Below are positions 56,437 through 64,000 of a DNA stretch of 64,000 bases, piece by piece. Position 1 is the first letter of the stretch; each line of letters opens with the position of its first letter. Under the pieces are notes generated by a model. It was not told where the DNA came from and did no database searches. It was given only the letters and a program-made list of their open reading frames with translations. The stretch lies in contig JBMNLE010000003.1 of assembly GCA_050952565.1 (NCBI GenBank), positions 25,112 to 89,111 on the forward strand. Direction: 5' to 3'. This DNA comes from Christensenellaceae bacterium. GTDB lineage: Bacteria; Bacillota; Clostridia; Christensenellales; Christensenellaceae. Made by a program: the position numbers and the translations under genes.

Positions 56437-57327
56437 TCAGCCTAACAAACGCCGTTGCTTACGCATGAATGTAAAGCCTTCTCCATGCACTTCATGGACA
56501 TCCAATATTGAAATGAACGCTTTTTCATCTACAGCATCAATGATACGCTTGGCTGCCGCAACCTCTCTTGGACTAATCACACAATACAAAATACGCTTAT
56601 CCACTTGCTCGTAACCACCTTCGCCGTAGAAATATGTAACGCCCCGGTCCATCTGCCCCATAATCACTTCTGCGATCTCTTCTATTTTGTTACTCATAAC
56701 AAGCAGCCCCTTCGCCAAGTATGCGCTACTTTGTACGCTTTCAATGACGCGGCTGGAAATAAAAGAGCCCACCAGCGTATAAACCATCTCTTTCAGCGTA
56801 ATATAAGAAAGAGAACCGGCCAAAACCACCACATCCAAAATCAGTAATGACTGTGCCATTTTAATGCCGTATTTGCTTTCCCACATTTTTGCCAAAATAT
56901 CTGTTCCGCCGGTTGTTCCGCCGGCGCGATATACAAGCCCACTGCCAAATCCGCCTACGAGGCCGGAAAGCAACGCAGAAACCAGTAGATCCCCTCCGGT
57001 ATCAATGTTCATAGGAATCCGCTGAAAAATCCATAAAAAAGCGGATAACGAACCTGTCCCCAGCAGCGTATAGATCATCGTCTTGTTGCTGAGCGCCTTT
57101 CTGCCCCATAGAAAAAGCGGAATGTTGATGGCCAGCGTTGTATACGCCGGATCGATTTTTAAAAAGTGGTTTACAATAAGCGCAACCCCCGTCACGCCGC
57201 CTTGCGCCAGATTGTTCTCCATATTAAAGGCGACAAAGCCAAAGGCAACAATTGCCGAGCCCAATAAAATCATCAGTATATCTCGAAACGAGACTTTTAA
57301 TAGTTGTTCAATGGAAAGCTTTTTCAC
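56437..57327 (-). CDS. YitT family membrane protein
   Basis: GGVTGVA, GGTTGGTDI, RGVT...GEGGY, HEVHGEGF. Confidence 0.88.
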   Translation of the reverse strand: MKKLSIEQLLKVSFRDILMILLGSAIVAFGFVAFNMENNLAQGGVTGVALIVNHFLKIDPAYTTLAINIPLFLWGRKALSNKTMIYTLLGTGSLSAFLWIFQRIPMNIDTGGDLLVSALLSGLVGGFGSGLVYRAGGTTGGTDILAKMWESKYGIKMAQSLLILDVVVLAGSLSYITLKEMVYTLVGSFISSRVIESVQSSAYLAKGLLVMSNKIEEIAEVIMGQMDRGVTYFYGEGGYEQVDKRILYCVISPREVAAAKRIIDAVDEKAFISILDVHEVHGEGFTFMRKQRRLLG

Positions 57328-57416
57328 AACTTCCTCCTTTGTTCAAAAAACAAGTTTCTATCATTCTAACATATATGTATACACGCCGCCTTGCTTCTTT
57401 CAAACAATTTTTACGC

Positions 57417-57443
57417 AAAAAAAAAGCGCCAAAGCGCTTTTTT
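57417..57443 (-). terminator. Intrinsic terminator
   Basis: AAAAAAGCGC-CAAA-GCGCTTTTTT. Confidence 0.82.
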
Positions 57444-57448
57444 ATAAA

Positions 57449-57994
57449 TCAGTCATTTAGTTCTTTTGTCATCTGGTTTAGTACAAAATAATCAAGCACG
57501 CCCACAATCCCGTAAATGAGCATAAATGTACTGAGCGCGCCGGAGATGCTGGAGCCTTTGCTAAACATGTTGACTGCTACAATGATACCAAAAATCAAAT
57601 ACAACCCCGCAAAAATCAGCGGAATCCACCATGTGTTTTGATTGGTATCTTTTAGGCGAAATGCATTTAAGCTATCTCTTAATACGCTAATAAATGTCCA
57701 GAATAAAATTGCAAGCGGCACCAGAACGTTTGCCATCACTCTGCTGAATATTAAAAGAATAACGCCTACTGCAAGTAATATAACTGCGTTGACAATGCTG
57801 TTCATCGTCGCTGTCCCTTTGGAGCGATTTAAGAAATATTGTACAATCAATATAATCCCTCCGCCCAATACCAAAAAGCCCAATACATTAATCAGTTGGC
57901 TCAGCCCCGCAAAGGGAGAAAAAACAAGCAAAATAAGCCCCAATACAATGAGCGCAAGGTTTAACATCAACCCGATTGTTCCTATCTTTTTCAT
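57449..57994 (-). CDS. HdeD/DUF308-like membrane protein
   Basis: Six TM-like segments; SD GAAGGAG. Confidence 0.7.
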   Translation of the reverse strand: MKKIGTIGLMLNLALIVLGLILLVFSPFAGLSQLINVLGFLVLGGGIILIVQYFLNRSKGTATMNSIVNAVILLAVGVILLIFSRVMANVLVPLAILFWTFISVLRDSLNAFRLKDTNQNTWWIPLIFAGLYLIFGIIVAVNMFSKGSSISGALSTFMLIYGIVGVLDYFVLNQMTKELND

Positions 57995-58157
57995 AACAGT
58001 AGCTCCTTCTCCAAAATAATGCACGTCTTATATTACTTCTCTAGCTCTATCATAACAAATAATTCTAGATGCAGCAAGAAGTTTCCTTTTCATTTATCGT
58101 ATGTTTTTTTCTCCTTCACTTTTTGTATACATATTACGGAAACCACCTTCTATCCAT

Positions 58158-58196
58158 AAAACAAAAGAACCGTCACAAAAATGTGTCCGGTTCTTT
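58158..58196 (-). terminator. Terminator of the pit-DUF47 operon
   Basis: AAAGAACCG...CGGTTCTTT plus T tract on the minus strand. Confidence 0.7.
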
Positions 58197-58275
58197 CCCT
58201 CTTTTCCTCGTGCTCAGAATTCGATGAAATGTATCTTGTCAATAAGATACCCGCTTTTCATCTTTTTCAAACAGA

Positions 58276-58899
58276 TTATGAGTTTTTCATAACAATGCGT
58301 TCTAGCGCATCGGCCACTTCTTCGCAACCATCCAAACAAGCCTCTAAGCAATCAATGATTTTACTCCATACCATCAATTCTTTGGCATCTTCTGATTCTG
58401 TAAATAAATCGTGAATCGCCGCGATTTGTGCGCGATCGCCTTCTTCTTCCAGCATATTTACTTCTACAATGTAATTATGTATTTCTTTTGATTTGCGAAA
58501 ATTTTCGAAGTTTTCCATTGCAGACTTCATAGAACGCGTACATCTAACGATGATATCTGAAAATCTGGAAGCTTCCGGGCGCAACGTTTCTACGTTATAC
58601 ATGTACATATAGCGCAGTACATCGTCAATGTTATCCACAACTGTATCCAGTTTTTGAATCATCTCCATGATGTCTTCTCGTTCAATGGGTGTGATAAATT
58701 CTCTTACCAAATTTGTTATGGTGTCATGCCGTAAATCATCAGCATCATGTTCTATTTGATGAATTTCTTCCAGCTTTATCAACAAATTTGCGCCTTCAAA
58801 ATCTTTGAAAACCATATCCAGGTAAAGCGCTGCTTTATGTGCATAATCCGACATCGCTACAAATGCGTCAAAGTAATTAAATCCTCTATTCCGTGCCAT
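58276..58899 (-). CDS. DUF47 phosphate transport regulator
   Basis: EHDAD..RH, FITPIEREDI, EEEGD, D.CEEVAD. Confidence 0.9.
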   Translation of the reverse strand: MARNRGFNYFDAFVAMSDYAHKAALYLDMVFKDFEGANLLIKLEEIHQIEHDADDLRHDTITNLVREFITPIEREDIMEMIQKLDTVVDNIDDVLRYMYMYNVETLRPEASRFSDIIVRCTRSMKSAMENFENFRKSKEIHNYIVEVNMLEEEGDRAQIAAIHDLFTESEDAKELMVWSKIIDCLEACLDGCEEVADALERIVMKNS

Positions 58900-58928
58900 A
58901 ATTATTTCCTTTCAATCAATCAATTTTT

Positions 58929-59981
58929 CTAGAACAACAACATGAATACTTTTGCCATGACAAACCCTACAAGGCCACAGCCCGGGAAAGTGAGTACCCA
59001 TGCCCAAACCATTTCTTTTACCACGCTCCAATTAATTGAGCTAAAGCGCTTTGATGCACCAACGCCCATAATTGCAGTCGTTTTTGTATGTGTTGTACTG
59101 ACAGGAATTCCTGTAAGCGATGAAATAAGCATACAAACAACCGAAGCAAAATCTGCCGAAAACCCTTGATACGGCTCCAATTTTGCCATATCCATCCCCA
59201 CAGATTTTATGATTTTATAGCCTCCCATGGATGTCCCCGCGCTCATGACAACAGAGCAAACAACCATCAGCCATATTGGAATTTCAAAACTGGAAGCATC
59301 TGAATTTCCTTGTACCAGCGCCATGCCCAGCAAAAATACACTCATGAATTTTTGTCCGTCTTGTGCGCCATGCATAAACGCAGAGCCTGCACCTCCTGCA
59401 ATTTGCCCGTACTTAAAAAATACATTTGCCTTTCTGCGTTCCGCATTGCGGAAAATACCTTGTACACTCTTTGAAGTAAGCCAACCTAAACCAAACCCCA
59501 AAACACTGGAAAGCAAAAGCCCATAGACTACCTTAATCCATTCTGCGCCATTGATGCCGCCAAGTCCGCCATGTAGTGCGATCGCCGCGCCGGAAAGGCC
59601 TGCAATCAGCGCATGGCTTTCACTGGTGGGAATCCCAAACATCCAAGCTGCCGTCGCCCATACCACAATTGCAAAAAGCGCTGCGCATAATGCAATAAGC
59701 GCCTCTTGGCTGTTGCCACCAAAATCAACCATGTTGTAAATTGTCATGGCAACAGTGTTGTTGACCATGGTCATGATAAACACGCCCAAAAAATTGAAAA
59801 CAGCCGCCATAACAACAGCCGCCCGCGGGCCAATCGCCCTTGTGGAAACGCAAGTTGCGATGGCATTTGGCGCATCTGTCCAACCATTGACCAAGATAAC
59901 CCCAATGGTGAGAAGTGCTGTAATTGCCAAGGTTGGGTTTGTAAATAACTGCGATATAAAATCGCTAAAAGACATCGTCAT
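58929..59981 (-). CDS. pit: Inorganic phosphate transporter (PiT family)
   Basis: NGWTDAPNAIAT, GIPTSESHAL, HGAQDGQK, PVSTTH. Confidence 0.93.
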   Translation of the reverse strand: MTMSFSDFISQLFTNPTLAITALLTIGVILVNGWTDAPNAIATCVSTRAIGPRAAVVMAAVFNFLGVFIMTMVNNTVAMTIYNMVDFGGNSQEALIALCAALFAIVVWATAAWMFGIPTSESHALIAGLSGAAIALHGGLGGINGAEWIKVVYGLLLSSVLGFGLGWLTSKSVQGIFRNAERRKANVFFKYGQIAGGAGSAFMHGAQDGQKFMSVFLLGMALVQGNSDASSFEIPIWLMVVCSVVMSAGTSMGGYKIIKSVGMDMAKLEPYQGFSADFASVVCMLISSLTGIPVSTTHTKTTAIMGVGASKRFSSINWSVVKEMVWAWVLTFPGCGLVGFVMAKVFMLLF

Positions 59982-60107
59982 ATGTTACCCCCATGTCCTT
60001 TCTTCTTTATTTTTTCATATTTTATTCATACAGTATTCAATATAACATAACGACAGAAGATTTTACAATATCTTCTTTTCATTTTACATAAGTCTTACAT
60101 TGTTTTT

Positions 60108-60998
60108 TTAATCTATATCCCAATGATGATATACTTCCGGTCGATAATCCGGTTCATTTGCATATTCATTTTTAACAAACAATCGTCTTGTCACAAGAGA
60201 TAGATCAATTTCTGCTGCATAAAGCCTTTCTTCTATTCCATTTAAATCGCCGCCATAATAATGAATCGCCGTTTTAGAAAAAGGGGTTTCCTTGGGGCCC
60301 AAAATAACGCTGGCGCCGCCAAAATAACTTTCTTTATCTTGTCCCACTAAGTTCGCGCTGGCATAATACATTGTTGTCGTTCGCATGTTATATTCCAGCA
60401 TCAAGCGGTAGTAAGATAAAAACGCTTCTCGGCTTTCCGGCAGTTTGATTTCCTCTGCCAATGCCGTCGGGTTTAGATAAAGCCGCGCTCCTTTGTGCGC
60501 ATAGTAACGCGCCAGTTCGGGAAATTGATATGTATCATAGCAAATGCCAACGCCGATTTTGCCCCATTTTGTTTCCCATAGTAGCGGTGCTTTTCCTTTT
60601 GTAAACGCCATATTTTCTTTGTCATACGGATGAATCTTGTGGTACGACACCACTTCGTCCTTTTTGGGGTTCAAGAGCACTGCCGCATTGTACATTTTAT
60701 TCGCTTTTTTCTCTGCCATACCATAGACAATGTGAATCCCATGCGCCATAGCGACGGCTTTTATCTGCATGCAGCTTTTACTGTCTAGCGTATCTGCATA
60801 TTCATGTTTTGCTTCCCAAGGCATTGTCGCTTCAATAAAATAATCATATCCATGCAATGCGAGTTCTGGGAAAAGGAGTAAATCTATCTTTTCTTTTGCT
60901 GCCGCTTCAATAAAGAAAAGAATCTTTTCCAAGTTCTCTGCTTTATTTCCTGATCGAGCCTGCATGTTTACCACGCCCAGTCGCATTTTATCTTCCAT
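60108..60998 (-). CDS. Carbon-nitrogen hydrolase (nitrilase superfamily)
   Basis: E-K-C triad: FPELAL, YHKIHP, ICYD. Confidence 0.9.
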   Translation of the reverse strand: MEDKMRLGVVNMQARSGNKAENLEKILFFIEAAAKEKIDLLLFPELALHGYDYFIEATMPWEAKHEYADTLDSKSCMQIKAVAMAHGIHIVYGMAEKKANKMYNAAVLLNPKKDEVVSYHKIHPYDKENMAFTKGKAPLLWETKWGKIGVGICYDTYQFPELARYYAHKGARLYLNPTALAEEIKLPESREAFLSYYRLMLEYNMRTTTMYYASANLVGQDKESYFGGASVILGPKETPFSKTAIHYYGGDLNGIEERLYAAEIDLSLVTRRLFVKNEYANEPDYRPEVYHHWDID

Positions 60999-61335
60999 AT
61001 TTTATATGCCTCCTATTTGGTATTATAACGGGCAGCCTCGTTTCTGACCAGATATTTATACAAACCTCATACATGTTTTGCAGATGTCTTTTTCTTTTGC
61101 CTGCATTTCTTCCTTACTTTTTGTATATTTGCAAGAATTCTTGTGCACACCCTTGCACATGGCCGAATATTTATTGCATTTTTATGCAACACTTTTGCCT
61201 TCGCCTCCATTTATGTGAGCCTCGATTTTCTCCTAATTAACAGACTTTTCTTTGCTTTTGGTTTGACTTTCAAGAAGAAAGGTTTTATGATAAATAAACA
61301 TAATTATTCAACAATGTTGAACATTAGGAGTTATC

Positions 61336-62589
61336 ATGAAAAAAGAACCATTCTTAACACTTGCCGAGGTACAAGAAATTGCCAAAGAATACCCAACTCC
61401 CTTTCATATTTACGATGAACAGGGCATTTTTAATACATTGCAAAACATAAAAAAAGCATTTTCTTGGAACAAAGGATTTCAAGAGTATTTTGCTGTGAAA
61501 GCCACGCCCACGCCCGCCATTTTACAAATCATAAAAGATGCCGGCTGCGGGCTTGATTGCTCTTCCTATACAGAGCTCATGTTGGCAGAAGCATTGGGCT
61601 TTTCGGGAGATGATATTATGCTTTCTGCAAATGTTGCGCCGGATGAAGATTATTTACTGGCGCATAAACTGGGCGCCATCATTAATTTGGATGATTTTAC
61701 GGATATTGATCATGTGGCAAGCCTTTTCCCGCTTCCCAAAACCATGTCGCTTCGCTTCAATCCCGGCGGGCTTTTTGCCATCGGAAATGATATTATGGAT
61801 CATCCGGAAGATGCAAAGTATGGTATGACAAAAGAGCAGCTCATCAAGGGCATCAAAAAAATGATGGGTTACGGCGTAGAACATTTTGGCATTCATGCTT
61901 TTCTGGCCAGCAATACCATTACAAATGAATATTATCCTACCCTTGCGGGCATGTTATTTGAAGTTGCTGTGGAAGTACAAAAAGAGACAAATGCAGATAT
62001 CTCGTTCATCAACCTTTCCGGCGGCATTGGCATTCCCTACCGCCCTGAAGATACCCCAAACGATATTTTCAAAATTGGTGCGGCAGTGAAAGAAGAATAT
62101 GATCGAATTTTAACGCCTGCGGGTATGGGCAATCTCTCTATTTTTACAGAACTGGGGCGGTTTGTAACAGGTCCTTCTGGCGCGCTTGTAACGCAAGCTG
62201 TGCATGAAAAGCATATTTATAAGGATTATATTGGCGTAGATGCCTGCGCCGCAAATTTGATGCGCCCTGCCATGTATGGTGCATATCACCATATTACTGT
62301 GCTGGGCAAAGAAGATGCCCCTCATACAAAGACCTACGACATCACCGGTGGGCTTTGCGAAAACAATGATAAATTTGCCATCGATCGTTCCCTTCCCGAA
62401 ATAGAAATTGGAGATTATCTCTTGATTCATGATACAGGTGCGCATGGTTTTTCCATGGGCTATAACTATAACGGAAAATTACGCTCTGCTGAGTTATTGA
62501 AAAAAACAGATGGCAGCATCGCGCTCATTCGCCGCGCAGAGACACCTGTAGATTATTTTGCCACATTTGATTTTCTCAACATTTTCTAG
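61336..62589 (+). CDS. lysA: Diaminopimelate decarboxylase
   Basis: FAVKA (PLP Lys), NLSGGIG, ELGR, GGLCENND, GAHGFSMGYNYN. Confidence 0.93.
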   Translation: MKKEPFLTLAEVQEIAKEYPTPFHIYDEQGIFNTLQNIKKAFSWNKGFQEYFAVKATPTPAILQIIKDAGCGLDCSSYTELMLAEALGFSGDDIMLSANVAPDEDYLLAHKLGAIINLDDFTDIDHVASLFPLPKTMSLRFNPGGLFAIGNDIMDHPEDAKYGMTKEQLIKGIKKMMGYGVEHFGIHAFLASNTITNEYYPTLAGMLFEVAVEVQKETNADISFINLSGGIGIPYRPEDTPNDIFKIGAAVKEEYDRILTPAGMGNLSIFTELGRFVTGPSGALVTQAVHEKHIYKDYIGVDACAANLMRPAMYGAYHHITVLGKEDAPHTKTYDITGGLCENNDKFAIDRSLPEIEIGDYLLIHDTGAHGFSMGYNYNGKLRSAELLKKTDGSIALIRRAETPVDYFATFDFLNIF

Positions 62590-62602
62590 CATGCCTTTTT
62601 GT

Positions 62603-62641
62603 AAAACTACTTGCCACGACAATAAGGCAAGTGGTTTTTTT
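62603..62641 (+). terminator. Terminator after lysA
   Basis: AAAACTACTTGCC...GGCAAGTGGTTTT. Confidence 0.82.
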
Positions 62642-62696
62642 ACTTTGCGCACAGAATATGTTATTATATGGAAAAGGAAACGAGGAGGATTGTATT

Positions 62697-62945
62697 ATGA
62701 AACCTTATCTAAAAAACCCTGCCTATCTGAAAAAGACACTAGAAATCTATACCCCCATCTTAAAATCAGATGTGGAAAAGAAGTTTAAGCGATTGCCGGT
62801 GGATGCCAAAGAATATGCCAATCAAACCATCGACCGCTTGCAAGCTGCTATGAAAGAAGCAAAAGAAAGCGGCGCAGAAGGCATAAAAGAACTGCATGCT
62901 TATTTTGATGAGAAACATAAAGAGTTGGAGCAGTTGCGAAAATAA
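62697..62945 (+). CDS. Hypothetical protein (82 aa, charged helical)
   Basis: Strong SD GAGGAGG; own terminator. Confidence 0.72.
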   Translation: MKPYLKNPAYLKKTLEIYTPILKSDVEKKFKRLPVDAKEYANQTIDRLQAAMKEAKESGAEGIKELHAYFDEKHKELEQLRK

Positions 62946-62978
62946 AAAAAGAACCGTTCGTTTGAACGGTTCTTTTTT
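62944..62978. terminator. Bidirectional terminator
   Basis: AAAAAGAACCGTTC-GTTT-GAACGGTTCTTTTT. Confidence 0.9.
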
Positions 62979-62983
62979 ATGCA

Positions 62984-64000
62984 TTAACTTTCAAAAATTT
63001 CTGCCACTTGCGGGAAATAACCTGTAATGTCTAGATGCTGCGGGCAATTTCCTTCGCAAATCTTACAATCAATGCAATCTGCAATTTTCCCGCGCCCTTC
63101 CGCGCTTCTGGTATATTTCATTTTCATGCCCACCAGCCCCACTTCTGGGCGATAAGTATAGGCATTGTAAACTGAAAAATAAGCTGAAATGTTGATGTTC
63201 CTCGGGCAATCTTCTTCGCAATATTGGCAGCCTGTGCAAGGAATCGCCTCGCTTTTTTTCAAAATATCTACGACGCGCTTTATAAGCCCTTGCTCGTTTT
63301 CATTGAGCGGTGCAAATGATTGCATATAAGAAGTATTGTCTTCCACTTGCGCCAAATTGCTCATGCCGCTTAAAACCATAATAACGCCGGGCAAAGAAGC
63401 CGCATATCGAATCGCCCAAGAAGCGATGGACATTTCCGGCTGTGCCTCTTGCAAAAGCACTTCTGCTTCTTTTGGCAAGTTTGCCAAACTCCCGCCGCGC
63501 ACAGGTTCCATGACAATGATTTCTTTTCCATGCTTGCGCGCCACTTCATAGCAAAGGCGCGATTGAATGCTGGGGCTTTCCCAGTCAGAGTAATTGATTT
63601 GTAGCTGTACAAACTCCGTTTCCGGATGTTCTGTTAAAATCTTATCCAGTAATTCTGCATCATCATGAAAAGAAAATCCAATCTTTCTAGCCTTGCCTTC
63701 TGCTTTGACCTTTTGCAAAAACCCAAAGCCATCGCGTTTTTGCACATCCGCATAGCTTACTTTCCCCATGTTGTGCAGCAAGTAGTAATCAAAGTATTCT
63801 ACACCGGTGCGCGCCAACTGGATTTCAAAAATTTCTTCATACGTTTCTTCCGGCTTCATGATATGCGCCGGCATCTTGTCTGCCAAAAGATAAGAATCTC
63901 TCTTGTGTCTTTCCACCAGTGCTTTTTTCAAAGCCCCTTCGGAGTGATGCTGATGATACATATATGCTGTATCAAAATAACAAAAACCCGCCGCAAGATA
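62984..64000 (-). CDS. Aldo/keto reductase with 4Fe-4S domain, 5' end outside the window
   Basis: YFDTAYMY, YFDYYLLH, MEPVRGG, PCTGCQYC, CIDCKICEGNCPQ. Confidence 0.92.
   Translation of the reverse strand, partial: YLAAGFCYFDTAYMYHQHHSEGALKKALVERHKRDSYLLADKMPAHIMKPEETYEEIFEIQLARTGVEYFDYYLLHNMGKVSYADVQKRDGFGFLQKVKAEGKARKIGFSFHDDAELLDKILTEHPETEFVQLQINYSDWESPSIQSRLCYEVARKHGKEIIVMEPVRGGSLANLPKEAEVLLQEAQPEMSIASWAIRYAASLPGVIMVLSGMSNLAQVEDNTSYMQSFAPLNENEQGLIKRVVDILKKSEAIPCTGCQYCEEDCPRNINISAYFSVYNAYTYRPEVGLVGMKMKYTRSAEGRGKIADCIDCKICEGNCPQHLDITGYFPQVAEIFES

Noticed and set aside
61000-61335. Lysine riboswitch or sigma-54 promoter upstream of lysA or the CN hydrolase
   Set aside because: No L-box conserved elements seen; GG-N10-GC spacing is not met; only a 12 bp palindrome CAAGAATTCTTG of unknown meaning
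1-64000. CRISPR array, IS, integrase, phage, retron or DGR, rRNA and tRNA
   Set aside because: No regularly spaced repeats, transposase or RT motifs, or tRNA/rRNA sequence seen by eye

Overview
A 64 kb stretch of ordinary chromosomal DNA from a low-GC Gram-positive bacterium. Gene order and sigma-A promoters suggest Clostridia (inference). It holds about 60 CDSs: a 3'-truncated dnaE; a Cof-hprK-murB-PHP-rapZ-whiA-HPr-like cluster; type III glutamine synthetase; CarD/MarR; a MarR-ABC-ABC-small alarmone synthetase unit; a pgl-PfkB-gnd operon opposite a GH172 (DUF2961) gene; two tandem cold-shock genes; a DUF5685-DnaJ-FHA-RodA-PBP-uvrC-TauE operon; many accessory enzymes; pit/DUF47; and lysA. 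I found no rRNA, tRNA, CRISPR array, transposase, integrase or phage genes. The most interesting signals are non-coding: (1) a candidate ~165 nt sRNA with its own promoter and terminator at 54526-54730; (2) a covarying hairpin plus U-tract conserved in both csp leaders; (3) one palindromic operator shared by a convergent CarD-like/MarR pair; (4) an AdhR/NmlR-type MerR promoter; (5) two probable leaderless genes. Also notable are a degenerate FHA protein in a SEDS/bPBP operon with a J-domain protein, and 4-5 single-base lesions, all in accessory genes. All calls come from reading motifs by eye; no searches were run.
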